Positions 50,969 to 60,013 of a DNA stretch of 64,000 nt are shown here, piece by piece (within the stretch, counting starts at the first letter, position 1; each line of letters starts with the position of its first letter). The stretch is taken from IMG/VR virus record IMGVR_UViG_3300044638_009648; one strand, given 5' to 3'. Under the pieces are notes generated by a model, which was not told the DNA's origin, searched no databases, and was given only the letters and a program-made list of their open reading frames with translations. The position numbers and the translations under genes are program-made. The DNA comes from a virus. Lineage: Duplodnaviria > Heunggongvirae > Uroviricota > Caudoviricetes.

Positions 50969-51210
50969 TTGATATTTTAAAACTTAAAATTGGTGACAGA
51001 GTTCATTATGTGAGGGACAACGACCCAAACCATTTTGAAAACGGTATGGTAAAAGAAATTCCTGACCACACCAATACATCAGTTAGGGTTGTTTACAACT
51101 GTGCCGGAAAGTGGAATAATTTTATGAACTATACCTCGGCTCTTACTCATTTGAGTAATTTAAGATTGGGTTGGAAACACGATAAAACCTTTAACACTAA
51201 AAAGAAATGA
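50965..51210 (+). CDS. Hypothetical protein
   Basis: 81-aa ORF. Confidence 0.35.
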   Translation: MIDILKLKIGDRVHYVRDNDPNHFENGMVKEIPDHTNTSVRVVYNCAGKWNNFMNYTSALTHLSNLRLGWKHDKTFNTKKK

Positions 51211-51418
51211 AATATAATCGATGTGAAATCTATGCTCAGTATTATATCTTTCCCACCATTAAGGTAACCCACGACAGACTTCTTAACGGAGACAAAGAGA
51301 TTATTCTCTGCTGGTTGAAATGGGAATGGATTTTGGCTTGGTAAATATCTTAATTAACCACCCCCCCTTGAAAGAGTGGAATTTTTTTATTAAATTTTTA
51401 TTATCTATTTATTTAATA

Positions 51419-51667
51419 ATGAAAAAACTATTATTTTTATTTTTACTTGTGTCTTTCACAAGTTTATTTTCTCAGGAAAGCAAAATAACTTACTTAAGAG
51501 CTCACCAAGCATCGATGGGCGTCAGACCTGATGAAAACAGTCCTGTAACGGAGTGGATTTTTGATGGTAGGGGTGTCCCGGATGGTGTTTATTATGGTGT
51601 TGTTAGCATCATTTTGAACAATGAGGTGGTATCTTATCCATTTCATGTTTCAATTTTTCACAAATAG
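51419..51667 (+). CDS. Small secreted protein
   Basis: Signal peptide MKKLLFLFLLVSFTSLFSQ; start placed at the internal ATG. Confidence 0.4.
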   Translation: MKKLLFLFLLVSFTSLFSQESKITYLRAHQASMGVRPDENSPVTEWIFDGRGVPDGVYYGVVSIILNNEVVSYPFHVSIFHK

Positions 51668-51690
51668 GCATTTGACCCTTTCATTCAAGT

Positions 51691-51951
51691 TTGTTATTAT
51701 TTAACAAAATCAATACAATGAAAATGAATTTACCACCAATTCTGGATTGGGGGGTTAGGCTGATAAGCTTATTCCTTATCCTATTTCTCTCAGTTGAAAT
51801 AGACAAGTTTGCTTTTGGAATGATGAACTCGAAGAACACAATTTCTTTTGGACTTGGAGTTTCGTTGTTCCTCGGAAGTAATATTCTTGCCTTTTTTACC
51901 CTTTATGAACTTTATAAATCAACTCTTAACAAACACTTCAAAAACAATTAA
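51691..51951 (+). CDS. Small membrane protein
   Basis: Two hydrophobic segments. Confidence 0.35.
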   Translation: MLLFNKINTMKMNLPPILDWGVRLISLFLILFLSVEIDKFAFGMMNSKNTISFGLGVSLFLGSNILAFFTLYELYKSTLNKHFKNN

Positions 51952-51954
51952 AAA

Positions 51955-52827
51955 ATGAATCCAATTGCTAAAATTATCTTGTGGGGCGGTATTGCCCTTG
52001 TTGCCATTCTTTCATTCTTCGGATGTGAGCGTATCGACGCTGGACATGTCGGCGTTAAAGTTGACATGTACGGTGATGGTAAAGGTGTAAACGATGTTAC
52101 TGAAGTAACTGGATGGGTATTTTACAACCCCTTGAGCACCAAAATTGTAGAGTTCCCAACCTATGTTCAACATATTGAATACACTCGCAAAGTTGATGAA
52201 TACGGTGAGGTGATTAGCGACGAATCTTTTGTTGTAAACTCTAAGGATGGTTCTGAATTCCACGTGTCACCAATTCTGAACTACTCAGTAAAACGTGAAA
52301 AGGTACCATATATCTTCAGTAAGTATCGAGTTGAACTCCCACAAGTTGAGCAAGGATTTCTCAAAACTGCTGTTTACGATGCATTCCGTATTGTAGCGAA
52401 CTCATATACTGCTGATGAACTTATCGGTAACCGTGAGAAGTTTGAACTTAAAGTTCGTCAGGTGCTCCAAAAGCAACTTGAACCCGAAGGTTTCATACTT
52501 TCTCAGTTCACCTCAAACCTGGTCTATCCTGAAACTTTTAAGAAAGCAATCGAAGCGAAGAACAACGCTGTGCAAGCCGCACTTCGTGCAGAAAATGAGG
52601 TAAAGACCGCAGAAGCTCAAGCAAAAATCAAAATTGCAAAAGCTGAAGGTAACGCTCAAGCTATGCTCACATCAGCAAAGGCAGAAGCTGAAGCTAACCG
52701 ACTCAAGCAACAAACCATTACTCCAATGCTGCTTCAGTTAGAGTGGATAAACAAATGGGATGGCCGTGTTAGTCAGTATTCTTTGGGTAATGGAGCTTCC
52801 CCGATGATAATGTTACCAAACAAGTAA
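51955..52827 (+). CDS. SPFH/Band-7 (stomatin/prohibitin/HflC-like) membrane protein
   Basis: N-terminal TM segment, SPFH-like core, and a C-terminal Ala/Glu-rich helix AEAQAKIKIAKAEGNAQAMLTSAKAEAEANR typical of this family. Confidence 0.65.
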   Translation: MNPIAKIILWGGIALVAILSFFGCERIDAGHVGVKVDMYGDGKGVNDVTEVTGWVFYNPLSTKIVEFPTYVQHIEYTRKVDEYGEVISDESFVVNSKDGSEFHVSPILNYSVKREKVPYIFSKYRVELPQVEQGFLKTAVYDAFRIVANSYTADELIGNREKFELKVRQVLQKQLEPEGFILSQFTSNLVYPETFKKAIEAKNNAVQAALRAENEVKTAEAQAKIKIAKAEGNAQAMLTSAKAEAEANRLKQQTITPMLLQLEWINKWDGRVSQYSLGNGASPMIMLPNK

Positions 52828-52845
52828 TTATTCAAAATACCTCCA

Positions 52846-53061
52846 TTGAAAATAGAAGGCATGCTTTCTATCCCATCGAAAATTTTGTATTCCCAAATCT
52901 TTTTTTCTCATTTATCTTTTGTGATATTTATAGATATGACACTAGAGCAAGCAAAACAAATCCTTAGGGACCACGGAAAACCATCATGCACTTGCAAATA
53001 CGGTGGTAGTGCCGAGGTTATGATTGAAGAAGCTAAGAAATTAGTTGGGCAATCAAACTAA
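52846..53061 (+). CDS. Small hypothetical protein
   Basis: 71-aa ORF followed by a terminator. Confidence 0.3.
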   Translation: MKIEGMLSIPSKILYSQIFFSHLSFVIFIDMTLEQAKQILRDHGKPSCTCKYGGSAEVMIEEAKKLVGQSN

Positions 53062-53067
53062 ACAAAG

Positions 53068-53096
53068 ACCCTCACTTTAAAAGTGGGGGTTTTTTC
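53068..53096 (+). terminator. Intrinsic terminator
   Basis: ACCCTCACTT-taa-AAGTGGGGGT followed by TTTTT. Confidence 0.7.
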
Positions 53097-53130
53097 TTTA
53101 TTCAGGTATTTATATTAAAAGAAATTTTAT

Positions 53131-53499
53131 ATGAACTCAGAAGTAATTGCAAAGTTGGTTCAAATACAAAACCAGTTCCGTTTTATGCACTGGCAGACCC
53201 AATCTTATGCAAAACATAAAGCGTATGGGAAAATTTATGAAGACCTTACGGATTTAATTGATGGTTTTGTCGAATCTTGTATGGGTAAACATGGTAGACC
53301 AGAGTATATCGGTGGTTTAACACTTGAATTCGAAGACCTATCAGAGATAAGTCTTCAGCAATTTGTTGATGACACAGTGGATTTTTTAATTAGCTTTGAC
53401 CAACTTTTTGATGAAGTTACCGATTCAGATTTATTAAATGTCAGAGATGAAATGCTCCAACTTATAAACAAAGGAAAATATCTATTCACACTAGAATGA
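53131..53499 (+). CDS. Hypothetical protein
   Basis: 122-aa ORF. Confidence 0.4.
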   Translation: MNSEVIAKLVQIQNQFRFMHWQTQSYAKHKAYGKIYEDLTDLIDGFVESCMGKHGRPEYIGGLTLEFEDLSEISLQQFVDDTVDFLISFDQLFDEVTDSDLLNVRDEMLQLINKGKYLFTLE

Positions 53500-53882
53500 A
53501 AAAAAACATTAGAATTACCGAAAAAGCTTTGAGTCATTTAATTGACAACGTCATCAATGAGAAAAAAGTTGTCAAAGAATTTAAGAAAAAAGACGTTGAT
53601 AAAGTAATCGAAGAACAATTTTCAAGATACCAGCTTAGTTCTGGAGAAGTATTTGAAATTCAACATGCATTGAATGATTATTTCAAAATGAAAAAGGTAC
53701 CTATGAAAGTTACTATCGATGAAAGATGGGGACCTGATTCGGTCAAAGCTCTGAAGAAATTCCAAGAAATGGAAAAAATGGAAGTTGATGGTATTCCTGG
53801 TCCAGATGTTTACGACAGAATGGTTGAATTAGGCGTGAGAGGTAATTTCTTCACGAGACTATTAAAGAATTTCGGTGTGTAA
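53496..53882 (+). CDS. Protein with a peptidoglycan-binding (PG_binding_1-like) domain
   Basis: DERWGPDSVKALKKFQEMEKMEVDGIPGPDVYDRMVEL matches the G..T..A...FQ...GL..DG..G..T pattern. Confidence 0.5.
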   Translation: MKKNIRITEKALSHLIDNVINEKKVVKEFKKKDVDKVIEEQFSRYQLSSGEVFEIQHALNDYFKMKKVPMKVTIDERWGPDSVKALKKFQEMEKMEVDGIPGPDVYDRMVELGVRGNFFTRLLKNFGV

Positions 53883-53889
53883 TAATTAA

Positions 53890-53943
53890 ATAAAAAAAAA
53901 TAAAGGGGACTAAAGTAATAATTTTACTTCGTCCCCTTTTTTA
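53890..53943. terminator. Bidirectional intrinsic terminator between convergent genes
   Basis: A-run, AGGGGAC, 20-nt loop with inner stem, GTCCCCT, T-run. Confidence 0.7.
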
Positions 53944-54257
53944 ATTTCTAACTCTTTAGCGGAACCACCCTGAATCTCAAGAATGAGTCTGCCTTCACCA
54001 CAGTAATTTTTACAATTTTCTTCTTTACAAGGTGGGCAATCATGAAAAATTTTAGATATTGTTGTTCCCTCGATGAAAATAATATCTAATGGAATGATGC
54101 ATTTTTTCATCCAAAAACAATTTTCATCCTCATCCATCAAAAACAACATTCCGTTGAACTCGTCTGTAAATCTTCTATTCATCATTCCTTGAGCTTTCTC
54201 GAACTTGCTCGTGACGACTTTGACATGGAATATATTTTCCCCTATTTTTAACCTCAT
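53910..54257 (-). CDS. DUF192-family protein
   Basis: GMLFLMDEDENCFWMKKCIIPLDIIF matches the DUF192 core (GMLF ... FWMKNT.IPLDI.F). Confidence 0.55.
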   Translation of the reverse strand: MRLKIGENIFHVKVVTSKFEKAQGMMNRRFTDEFNGMLFLMDEDENCFWMKKCIIPLDIIFIEGTTISKIFHDCPPCKEENCKNYCGEGRLILEIQGGSAKELEIKKGDEVKLLL

Positions 54258-54270
54258 AGTAATTATAAAT

Positions 54271-54696
54271 ATGAAGGAGAAAATTTATGTTGGAGTAATA
54301 GTCAAAGTAAATGATGAAGTTTTACTTTGTAAAAGGTCTACCAAGGGCTCACTTCCTGGTATGTGGTCTGTTCCAGCTGGAGGTGTTGAAGAAGGTGAAA
54401 CGACTAAAGAAGCCGCTGTTAGAGAGTTTCACGAAGAAACTGACATAATAATTGCATCAGATGATTTAAACTTTGTTGGTCTAGTGCCTAGGACCTCACG
54501 AGACGGAAAGTTTATTAAGGGTTGGATGTATGTTTATCTTTTAGAAAGTAACGCTTTCCTTTATCCAGATTTAGAAAATGCTAAAGACGGTTCAGAACAT
54601 TCTGAGTGTGGTTATTTTACTTTTGAGGATATGTTAGAGTTGAACACTGAAAAGTTTTTTAAAAAGTTATTAGAAGCAATTTTAAATAAGGTTTAA
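54271..54696 (+). CDS. Nudix hydrolase
   Basis: Nudix box GGVEEGETTKEAAVREFHEETDI. Start placed at the internal ATG to avoid overlap with the minus-strand gene. Confidence 0.8.
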   Translation: MKEKIYVGVIVKVNDEVLLCKRSTKGSLPGMWSVPAGGVEEGETTKEAAVREFHEETDIIIASDDLNFVGLVPRTSRDGKFIKGWMYVYLLESNAFLYPDLENAKDGSEHSECGYFTFEDMLELNTEKFFKKLLEAILNKV

Positions 54697-54793
54697 CTTT
54701 TTGGAAGTTAGCATATATTTATTATCTTGACCGAGAGGTTGAAACACCCCCACAAAAAGTTCTACAAGCCATTTGACAAATCCTATATTTGTT

Positions 54794-54801
54794 TTATCTT
54801 T
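54794..54801 (+). promoter_or_regulatory. TATCTTTG -7-type element upstream of the tRNA/ncRNA block
   Basis: Motif in the intergenic region after the Nudix gene, about 40 nt before a hairpin and about 110 nt before the candidate tRNA. Confidence 0.35.
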
Positions 54802-54839
54802 GTGGAACGCTCGGAAGAAGGACTAAGGTCCCTTTCACA

Positions 54840-54887
54840 TCCCACAACGAGTGCTCGAGAGAACATGGTAGTTGTGGGATTTTTTTC
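54840..54887 (+). terminator. Hairpin plus T7 run (terminator or leader structure)
   Basis: TCCCACAAC ... GTTGTGGGA followed by TTTTTTT. Confidence 0.6.
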
Positions 54888-54911
54888 CGGGGGTCGTTCT
54901 TAAAAATATAG

Positions 54912-54985
54912 TGCGGATTAGAGTTCTGGTGAACTCGGAAGTCTCATAAGCTTTCTTCAGGGTTGTTCGATTCAGCCATCCGCTA
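54912..54985 (+). tRNA. Candidate tRNA-Met(CAU)
   Basis: Hand-folded cloverleaf: acceptor TGCGGAT / ATCCGCT (1:72 mismatch); D stem GAGT / ACTC; anticodon stem GAAGT / GCTTT (two G-U pairs) with loop CTCATAA (U33, CAU anticodon); T stem GGTTG / CAGCC with T-loop TTCGATT. The variable loop is 6 nt, one longer than usual. Confidence 0.4.
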
Positions 54986-55860
54986 CAAAAAAAAGTTTGA
55001 TAAGGTACTTGACAAAATCAAAACCGTTATTATACTTTAACAACAAGTCAGGGAAACTTGACGAGTTCTTTGAATTACAAAATAGGCGGTTTAGCGTCTT
55101 TAGATAACCCCAGCGATGGGACTAAAAGGGATGAAGGGTTTAGCGACCTTGGTAATCTCGCAGGACTTCGGTCTTGACAACTAAACAAAGTACCTACGGT
55201 TGAAACCCTGACGGCAAGTGCTGAGGGGATGATGCCACACCGATTTCGTGGAGAGTCGGGGTTGCGGTGGAGACACCAATAGGAAAAGGTACAGGTGACG
55301 GTTTGAGACATCCCGCCGGGTGTTGTAAAGCTGGGTACCAGTCCGAAGGGTTACCACGGGGTTAAACCTACCGTAGTCCTGAGTGACCGTGAACTGGCGG
55401 GTTCACAGAGAGGTGTGAAGCATTTTGTTCCCAAAAGGAGCGGAACTTCTCCCGAAGCACATCTTTCATTCTTCCACAAAGCTACATATCAATGAATGAT
55501 ATTCTAAGATACAAGCAAAAGTCTTCGGGCGTTGATACTGAAAGGTGTCTAATCCTTCAGGTCATCGGACCAATGAAGGCATCAATCGGACCGCAAGTCC
55601 CTTGGTGTTAATTGTGAAACTACTCGTGGGACGGCCATCCCTTAGTGAGCTCGCAAGGCTCAAGAGATAGGAGTATCAGTTGAGTTGGTGTCAACGAAAA
55701 GAGTGGTAGACTCAAATTACCGACACTGGTTGGATACAACAGGCAACTGTTGTGGACCGAGTGGGGAAAGGATAATCCCACTAAAGACTGACCATCTAAG
55801 CTCGTAGTCTCAGAGCATTAGCCGAACCCCCTTCCGTAAGGTTGGGGGTTTTTTTATTTT
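54986..55860 (+). ncRNA. Candidate large structured non-coding RNA (unclassified)
   Basis: About 0.9 kb with no plus-strand ORF. It is markedly GC-enriched relative to flanks (hand count of one 128-nt stretch is about 57% G+C). Many local hairpins, and it ends in a strong intrinsic terminator. Confidence 0.3.
55825..55857 (+). terminator. Intrinsic terminator closing the GC-rich RNA block
   Basis: AACCCCC-ttccgtaagg-TTGGGGG followed by TTTTTTT. Confidence 0.7.
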
Positions 55861-55888
55861 AATATTTGGTAATATAAAAACTCTTTCG

Positions 55889-55903
55889 TATATTTGTTGT
55901 ATG
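55889..55903 (+). promoter_or_regulatory. TATATTTG-N4-ATG promoter/start arrangement
   Basis: Motif at 55889-55896, ATG at 55901. Confidence 0.45.
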
Positions 55904-56215
55904 AAAAAACAAACCACTATGAAATTCAGTTTTCACCAGGTTCAGGTCGAACACGAAAAGTTTGGTTCGCTTGTTCAGGAAAGCTTTTTGAACTTTACCC
56001 AGTTCAAGCTCTTTTTGATGCAAATTCATGGTGCCTTGGAAATGAAAGAAGCCCTTTCGTTTTACAATGGTAGTGACATGTTAATTTACATCCCATACAA
56101 GTTTCTGGTTGATTCAATTATTTTGACTAAGAGCCAAGAAGCGGATGGTGAAACCAACATCTCTGAACACTTCCGCTCGAAAATTGAAGCCTTGGTTACT
56201 AAAGAAGAGTCCTAA
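55901..56215 (+). CDS. Hypothetical protein
   Basis: ATG 4 nt after TATATTTG; terminator downstream. Confidence 0.4.
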   Translation: MKKQTTMKFSFHQVQVEHEKFGSLVQESFLNFTQFKLFLMQIHGALEMKEALSFYNGSDMLIYIPYKFLVDSIILTKSQEADGETNISEHFRSKIEALVTKEES

Positions 56216-56262
56216 CCTCTCTGTTAGGTGGTGGAGCGTCTAACAACCTGTTAGGCCCATTG

Positions 56263-56289
56263 AAGGCCGGATTATTCCGGCCTTTTTTA
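56263..56289 (+). terminator. Intrinsic terminator
   Basis: AAGGCCGG-attatt-CCGGCCTT followed by TTTT. Confidence 0.7.
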
Positions 56290-57081
56290 GTCAAACAAAT
56301 CAGTTATAATAAAACTACGCTTCTGCAAAAGATATAATTTTAATAAATTACCAATTCTTTCTCTATCTCCCCACACATCTTTTACATGATGGCCGATATT
56401 ATCTTCAAGGATTTCATAGTCAAGATTATTAACTATTATTACCCTATCGAAAATATTTTCATATTTAGGTAGTGCCTTAATTTCCTCATCATTTTCTTCT
56501 TTGTTGCGGTATAGTTCATTTAAACCTGGTTCAGTAAAAAAATCAGCATAAATTGCAATTTCGATTTTGTCGTAACTATCAATACTTCCAGCACCGTCAC
56601 ATTCATCACAGTTAAGACGACCCTCTCCCATGCAAATTTCGCACTCAATTTCACCTTCTCCATAACATTTTGGACATTCTATTTCATCTCCCACATAACC
56701 CGAACCATCACATTCATAACACTCTACCTTCCCTCCATCACAATTACCGCAATCATCAGTACCACTTCCATCGCACTCACCACACTCAATTACAGTCTCA
56801 TCGTTGTGTAAAGCATATGAAAATACCATTCCAACATCCGGTATCATTGAATTAACTTCCTCTAAAGTTAAATTTGATTCCAAATTTTCAGAGATAAAAT
56901 AAGTGTAGAAATATAAATAAAAAAAAGCTTCGTCGGGAAATAAATTTATCACAGATGCCATATGGCGAATTTTTCTTAAAAAAATATCAGAAAAAGGGAG
57001 TCGCCCATTTGTTGAATATTTTTCCTTAGCAACCTGTGGTGCCATACCGCCGGCAATTCTGAAAATTTTTTCTTTTGTCAT
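56287..57081 (-). CDS. Cysteine-rich protein with DnaJ-CR-like CxxCxGxG zinc-finger repeats
   Basis: CGECDGSG, CGNCDGGK, CYECDGSG, CPKCYGEG, CEICMGEG, CDECDGAG. Confidence 0.55.
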   Translation of the reverse strand: MTKEKIFRIAGGMAPQVAKEKYSTNGRLPFSDIFLRKIRHMASVINLFPDEAFFYLYFYTYFISENLESNLTLEEVNSMIPDVGMVFSYALHNDETVIECGECDGSGTDDCGNCDGGKVECYECDGSGYVGDEIECPKCYGEGEIECEICMGEGRLNCDECDGAGSIDSYDKIEIAIYADFFTEPGLNELYRNKEENDEEIKALPKYENIFDRVIIVNNLDYEILEDNIGHHVKDVWGDRERIGNLLKLYLLQKRSFIITDLFD

Positions 57082-57165
57082 TGTAATTATTCAATAAATA
57101 TTCGAAAAAAATAAATGATAATATTAACTTTTTGAAGAAACTTTTCTACATTTAAATAAAAAACC

Positions 57166-57576
57166 ATGGAAGTCACGGTAACCAAAGAAGAAATTTTAAA
57201 AAATTCAAATAACTATGAGCTCGGGAAATTGGTCAGACAAAAGTATTGGGACCTTTACAAGAACGAAATTGAAGAGAATCCAGACGAACACGTAGGTTTA
57301 GTAATCGGTCCAGACGGTAAAATAAAAAGGGTTGTCAAAGCCGAAGAAATGAACCAATCATGTGAAATTTGTGGTGAACCAACCTACATGATTTCAACAG
57401 AACACTTGATTGGTAACAACCATTTAGCTTGTTCCCTCAATGATGAAAATTCCTATGATTTATGTATTATTTGTGGTAATCCAACTTCATACAAAAAAAA
57501 CACACACATTGATTTAAGAGTTGGTTTCATCGAAGGTGCTGGTCAAAGTTGTGATGAGAGTTGTAGAAAAAAATAG
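57166..57576 (+). CDS. Hypothetical Cys-containing protein
   Basis: 136 aa with CEICGEP ... CIICGNP pairs suggesting a zinc ribbon. Confidence 0.4.
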   Translation: MEVTVTKEEILKNSNNYELGKLVRQKYWDLYKNEIEENPDEHVGLVIGPDGKIKRVVKAEEMNQSCEICGEPTYMISTEHLIGNNHLACSLNDENSYDLCIICGNPTSYKKNTHIDLRVGFIEGAGQSCDESCRKK

Positions 57577-57612
57577 TTTGAAATTAACTTTTTTTTGATT
57601 ATATTTTGATTC

Positions 57613-58860
57613 ATGAATACAAAGAAACCATCAGCTATTGTATATGGTTGGCACACATCAGGGGAAACAGTATTAATATCAGACATTTATTGGGAAGAAG
57701 GTCTTCATGATGAAGTTAACATATATTCCTTACCATACACAAATAATGTAATTGAAGATTATACCAAATTCAAACCTGATTTGATAATTAGTTTCGGTGA
57801 AGAAATTGAAATTCCTCATTTTCATTTAACAAGATTTCACATTCATTATGATGAACTCATTCCGGATATTATCCTTGCTAATGTAATTGTTTGTCAATCT
57901 GTTTTTAGAAGCTCAACTAACTTCAGACCACGGTTTTCAATATTTACACCAACCTATAAAACTGGTGAAAGAATTTTTAGAACATACGAAGGTTTGAAAA
58001 ACCAATTATACAATAATTGGGAATGGGTTGTTGTTGACGATTCTCCTGATAATGAAACTTGGGAAAAATTAAGGGAAATTGCATCGAAAGATTATAGAGT
58101 TAAACTTCATAGAATATATCCTTTAACTGGTGGAAATGTTGGCCTAGCTAAAAATAGGGCTGCGCATCTTTGTGACGGGGATTGGATTGTTGAACTTGAC
58201 CACGATGACACATTGACAAGTGAATGCTTATCTACAGCAAATGATGCCATTGCCGCTTACCCCGACGCTGGTTTTATTTATACGGATTGTGCGGAAATGT
58301 ATGATGATGAAGAACCTAAATATTACGACCACGATTGGACAGGTAATTGGTATGCTAGGGAAGATAATTTTTTTGATTTCGGTTATGCTGGGCACACCTG
58401 GGTTGAAGTCGATGGTGAAACTAGACTGGCACACCATTACCCAGATATTAATCCATTAACAATTAGATTTAACATTTCTATGCCTAACCATGCTAAAATG
58501 TGGGATAGAAAGGTTTATCTGGAAATGGGGGGGCACAATAAATTCATCCCTGTTGCCGATGATTTGGAGATTAATATTCGCACTTTTTTGAATACTAAAA
58601 TGATTCACATAAAAAGGGTATTGTATTTGCAGTTCAATAACAGAAACAGTACCGTGGATAATAATTCAACAGATATTAATCGTCGTGCCAGATTAATCAA
58701 AGACCATTATGACAAAGCGGTTCATGACAGAATCGAAGAGTTAGGTTTTGAGGATTGGAATTGGGATAGTGAAAAACTTCACTCCCAAAAATTTCAAAAC
58801 TCCGGTGGTCCTCGCCGTTATTTTGAGGATGAACAAGTAATGAATTACATTTATGAATAA
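57613..58860 (+). CDS. Family-2 (GT-A fold) glycosyltransferase
   Basis: FSIFTPTYKTGERIFRTYEGLKNQLYNNWEWVVVDDSPDNET, the canonical GT2 N-terminus with DxD. Confidence 0.7.
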   Translation: MNTKKPSAIVYGWHTSGETVLISDIYWEEGLHDEVNIYSLPYTNNVIEDYTKFKPDLIISFGEEIEIPHFHLTRFHIHYDELIPDIILANVIVCQSVFRSSTNFRPRFSIFTPTYKTGERIFRTYEGLKNQLYNNWEWVVVDDSPDNETWEKLREIASKDYRVKLHRIYPLTGGNVGLAKNRAAHLCDGDWIVELDHDDTLTSECLSTANDAIAAYPDAGFIYTDCAEMYDDEEPKYYDHDWTGNWYAREDNFFDFGYAGHTWVEVDGETRLAHHYPDINPLTIRFNISMPNHAKMWDRKVYLEMGGHNKFIPVADDLEINIRTFLNTKMIHIKRVLYLQFNNRNSTVDNNSTDINRRARLIKDHYDKAVHDRIEELGFEDWNWDSEKLHSQKFQNSGGPRRYFEDEQVMNYIYE

Positions 58861-60013
58861 CAAAAAAGCAAAAATTGTACTTAATGCAATGGTGGCCAAT
58901 GAGGCCAGAACCATTACCAGAATGTTGGAATCTGTATATCAATACATTGATTATTGGGTTATACAGGACAATGGTTCTAAAGATGGTACACAGGACATAA
59001 TTAGAAACTTCTTTGAGGAAAAAGGAATACCAGGTTTTTTATATGAAACCGAATGGTTGTTTCCTGGATTCAACAGAGACCATGCTTTACAAGAATGTTT
59101 GAAAGCTGACCATGGTTGTGATTGGATTTTGCGAATGGATGCAGATGAAAGATTGGAAGTGGACTCTGATTTTGATTGGTCAATATTGGAAGATACAAAT
59201 ATTGATTCTTTTAATATCATTGTCAGAAGTTTCAACACTAGGTATTTCAGGACCTGGATGTGGAATGCCCGCAGACCTTGGTTTTTTCAACATGACAAAC
59301 GGCATGAAACAATTCATCTGCCAGAGGTTGGTGAATCATTCCAACGAATTACACTACCTGAAAGTTTTAGACACATTGTTACCAATGATGGACAAACTTG
59401 GTTTGCACCCAGGAAGTTTCTAAGAGATGCCCTGGAACTTGAAATTGATAAAGTTGTGGGTAACACCATACTTGAAGACCATTATCATTTATGGTATGTC
59501 GGGAAAAGTTATGCTGATTGTTACGGAAAACCTGATGAATTAGCTTTTGGAAAAGACCACTCTGATGAATATGCTCGTAGGGCAATTTATTACTTTAAAC
59601 ATTTTCTTAGGGTATCTCATAATTATTGGGAAACCAAAAAACCTGCAAGACATGATGAAATGGCTTACATGACTTTCATTCTTATTGCTGCAGCAATGGA
59701 TTTTCGTGGAGAAACTGAAGAAGCGTTGGGTATGTTTCCACAAGCCAAAGCATTTGCTCCTGAACGAAATGAACATTTGTTGTATTGGGCTATAATGTTG
59801 GAAAAACATGGAAAACATGATAAAGCATTAGAATTGGTTGATATGATGATGGTACCGGAAAAGAAAAATCCATTCCCTAATTTATGTTTTCTGATTGAAA
59901 ATCGTGCTTATACTGACACCTCAAATTTTTTGGTGGAGTGGAAAGAACACTTATTAAAAAGAATCAATGAACCTATTTTAAGTAACGAAGGTGTTGTCTT
60001 TGATTTCGAATAA
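58853..60013 (+). CDS. Glycosyltransferase family 2-like protein
   Basis: KIVLNAMVANEARTITRMLESV ... WVIQDNGSKDGT. Confidence 0.55.
   Translation: MNNKKAKIVLNAMVANEARTITRMLESVYQYIDYWVIQDNGSKDGTQDIIRNFFEEKGIPGFLYETEWLFPGFNRDHALQECLKADHGCDWILRMDADERLEVDSDFDWSILEDTNIDSFNIIVRSFNTRYFRTWMWNARRPWFFQHDKRHETIHLPEVGESFQRITLPESFRHIVTNDGQTWFAPRKFLRDALELEIDKVVGNTILEDHYHLWYVGKSYADCYGKPDELAFGKDHSDEYARRAIYYFKHFLRVSHNYWETKKPARHDEMAYMTFILIAAAMDFRGETEEALGMFPQAKAFAPERNEHLLYWAIMLEKHGKHDKALELVDMMMVPEKKNPFPNLCFLIENRAYTDTSNFLVEWKEHLLKRINEPILSNEGVVFDFE

Noticed and set aside
55075-55311. Minus-strand 78-aa ORF inside the GC-rich block
   Set aside because: It is the only ORF in a region whose composition and flanking terminators point to RNA. 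The ORF is expected by chance in GC-rich sequence lacking AT-rich stop codons.
54911-55860. Group II intron (the region starts with GTGCG)
   Set aside because: I could find no domain V-like helix (AGC triad, GNRA loop) near the 3' end and no reverse-transcriptase/maturase ORF. The GTGCG is better explained as the tRNA acceptor stem.
57601-57612. Additional TAnnTTTG-N4-ATG instances at 57613 (tATATTTTG-attc-ATG) and 63247 (TAATTTTG-tt-ATG)
   Set aside because: They deviate from the strict spacing and motif (an extra T, or a 2-nt spacer). They are mentioned only as possible variants and were not entered as features.
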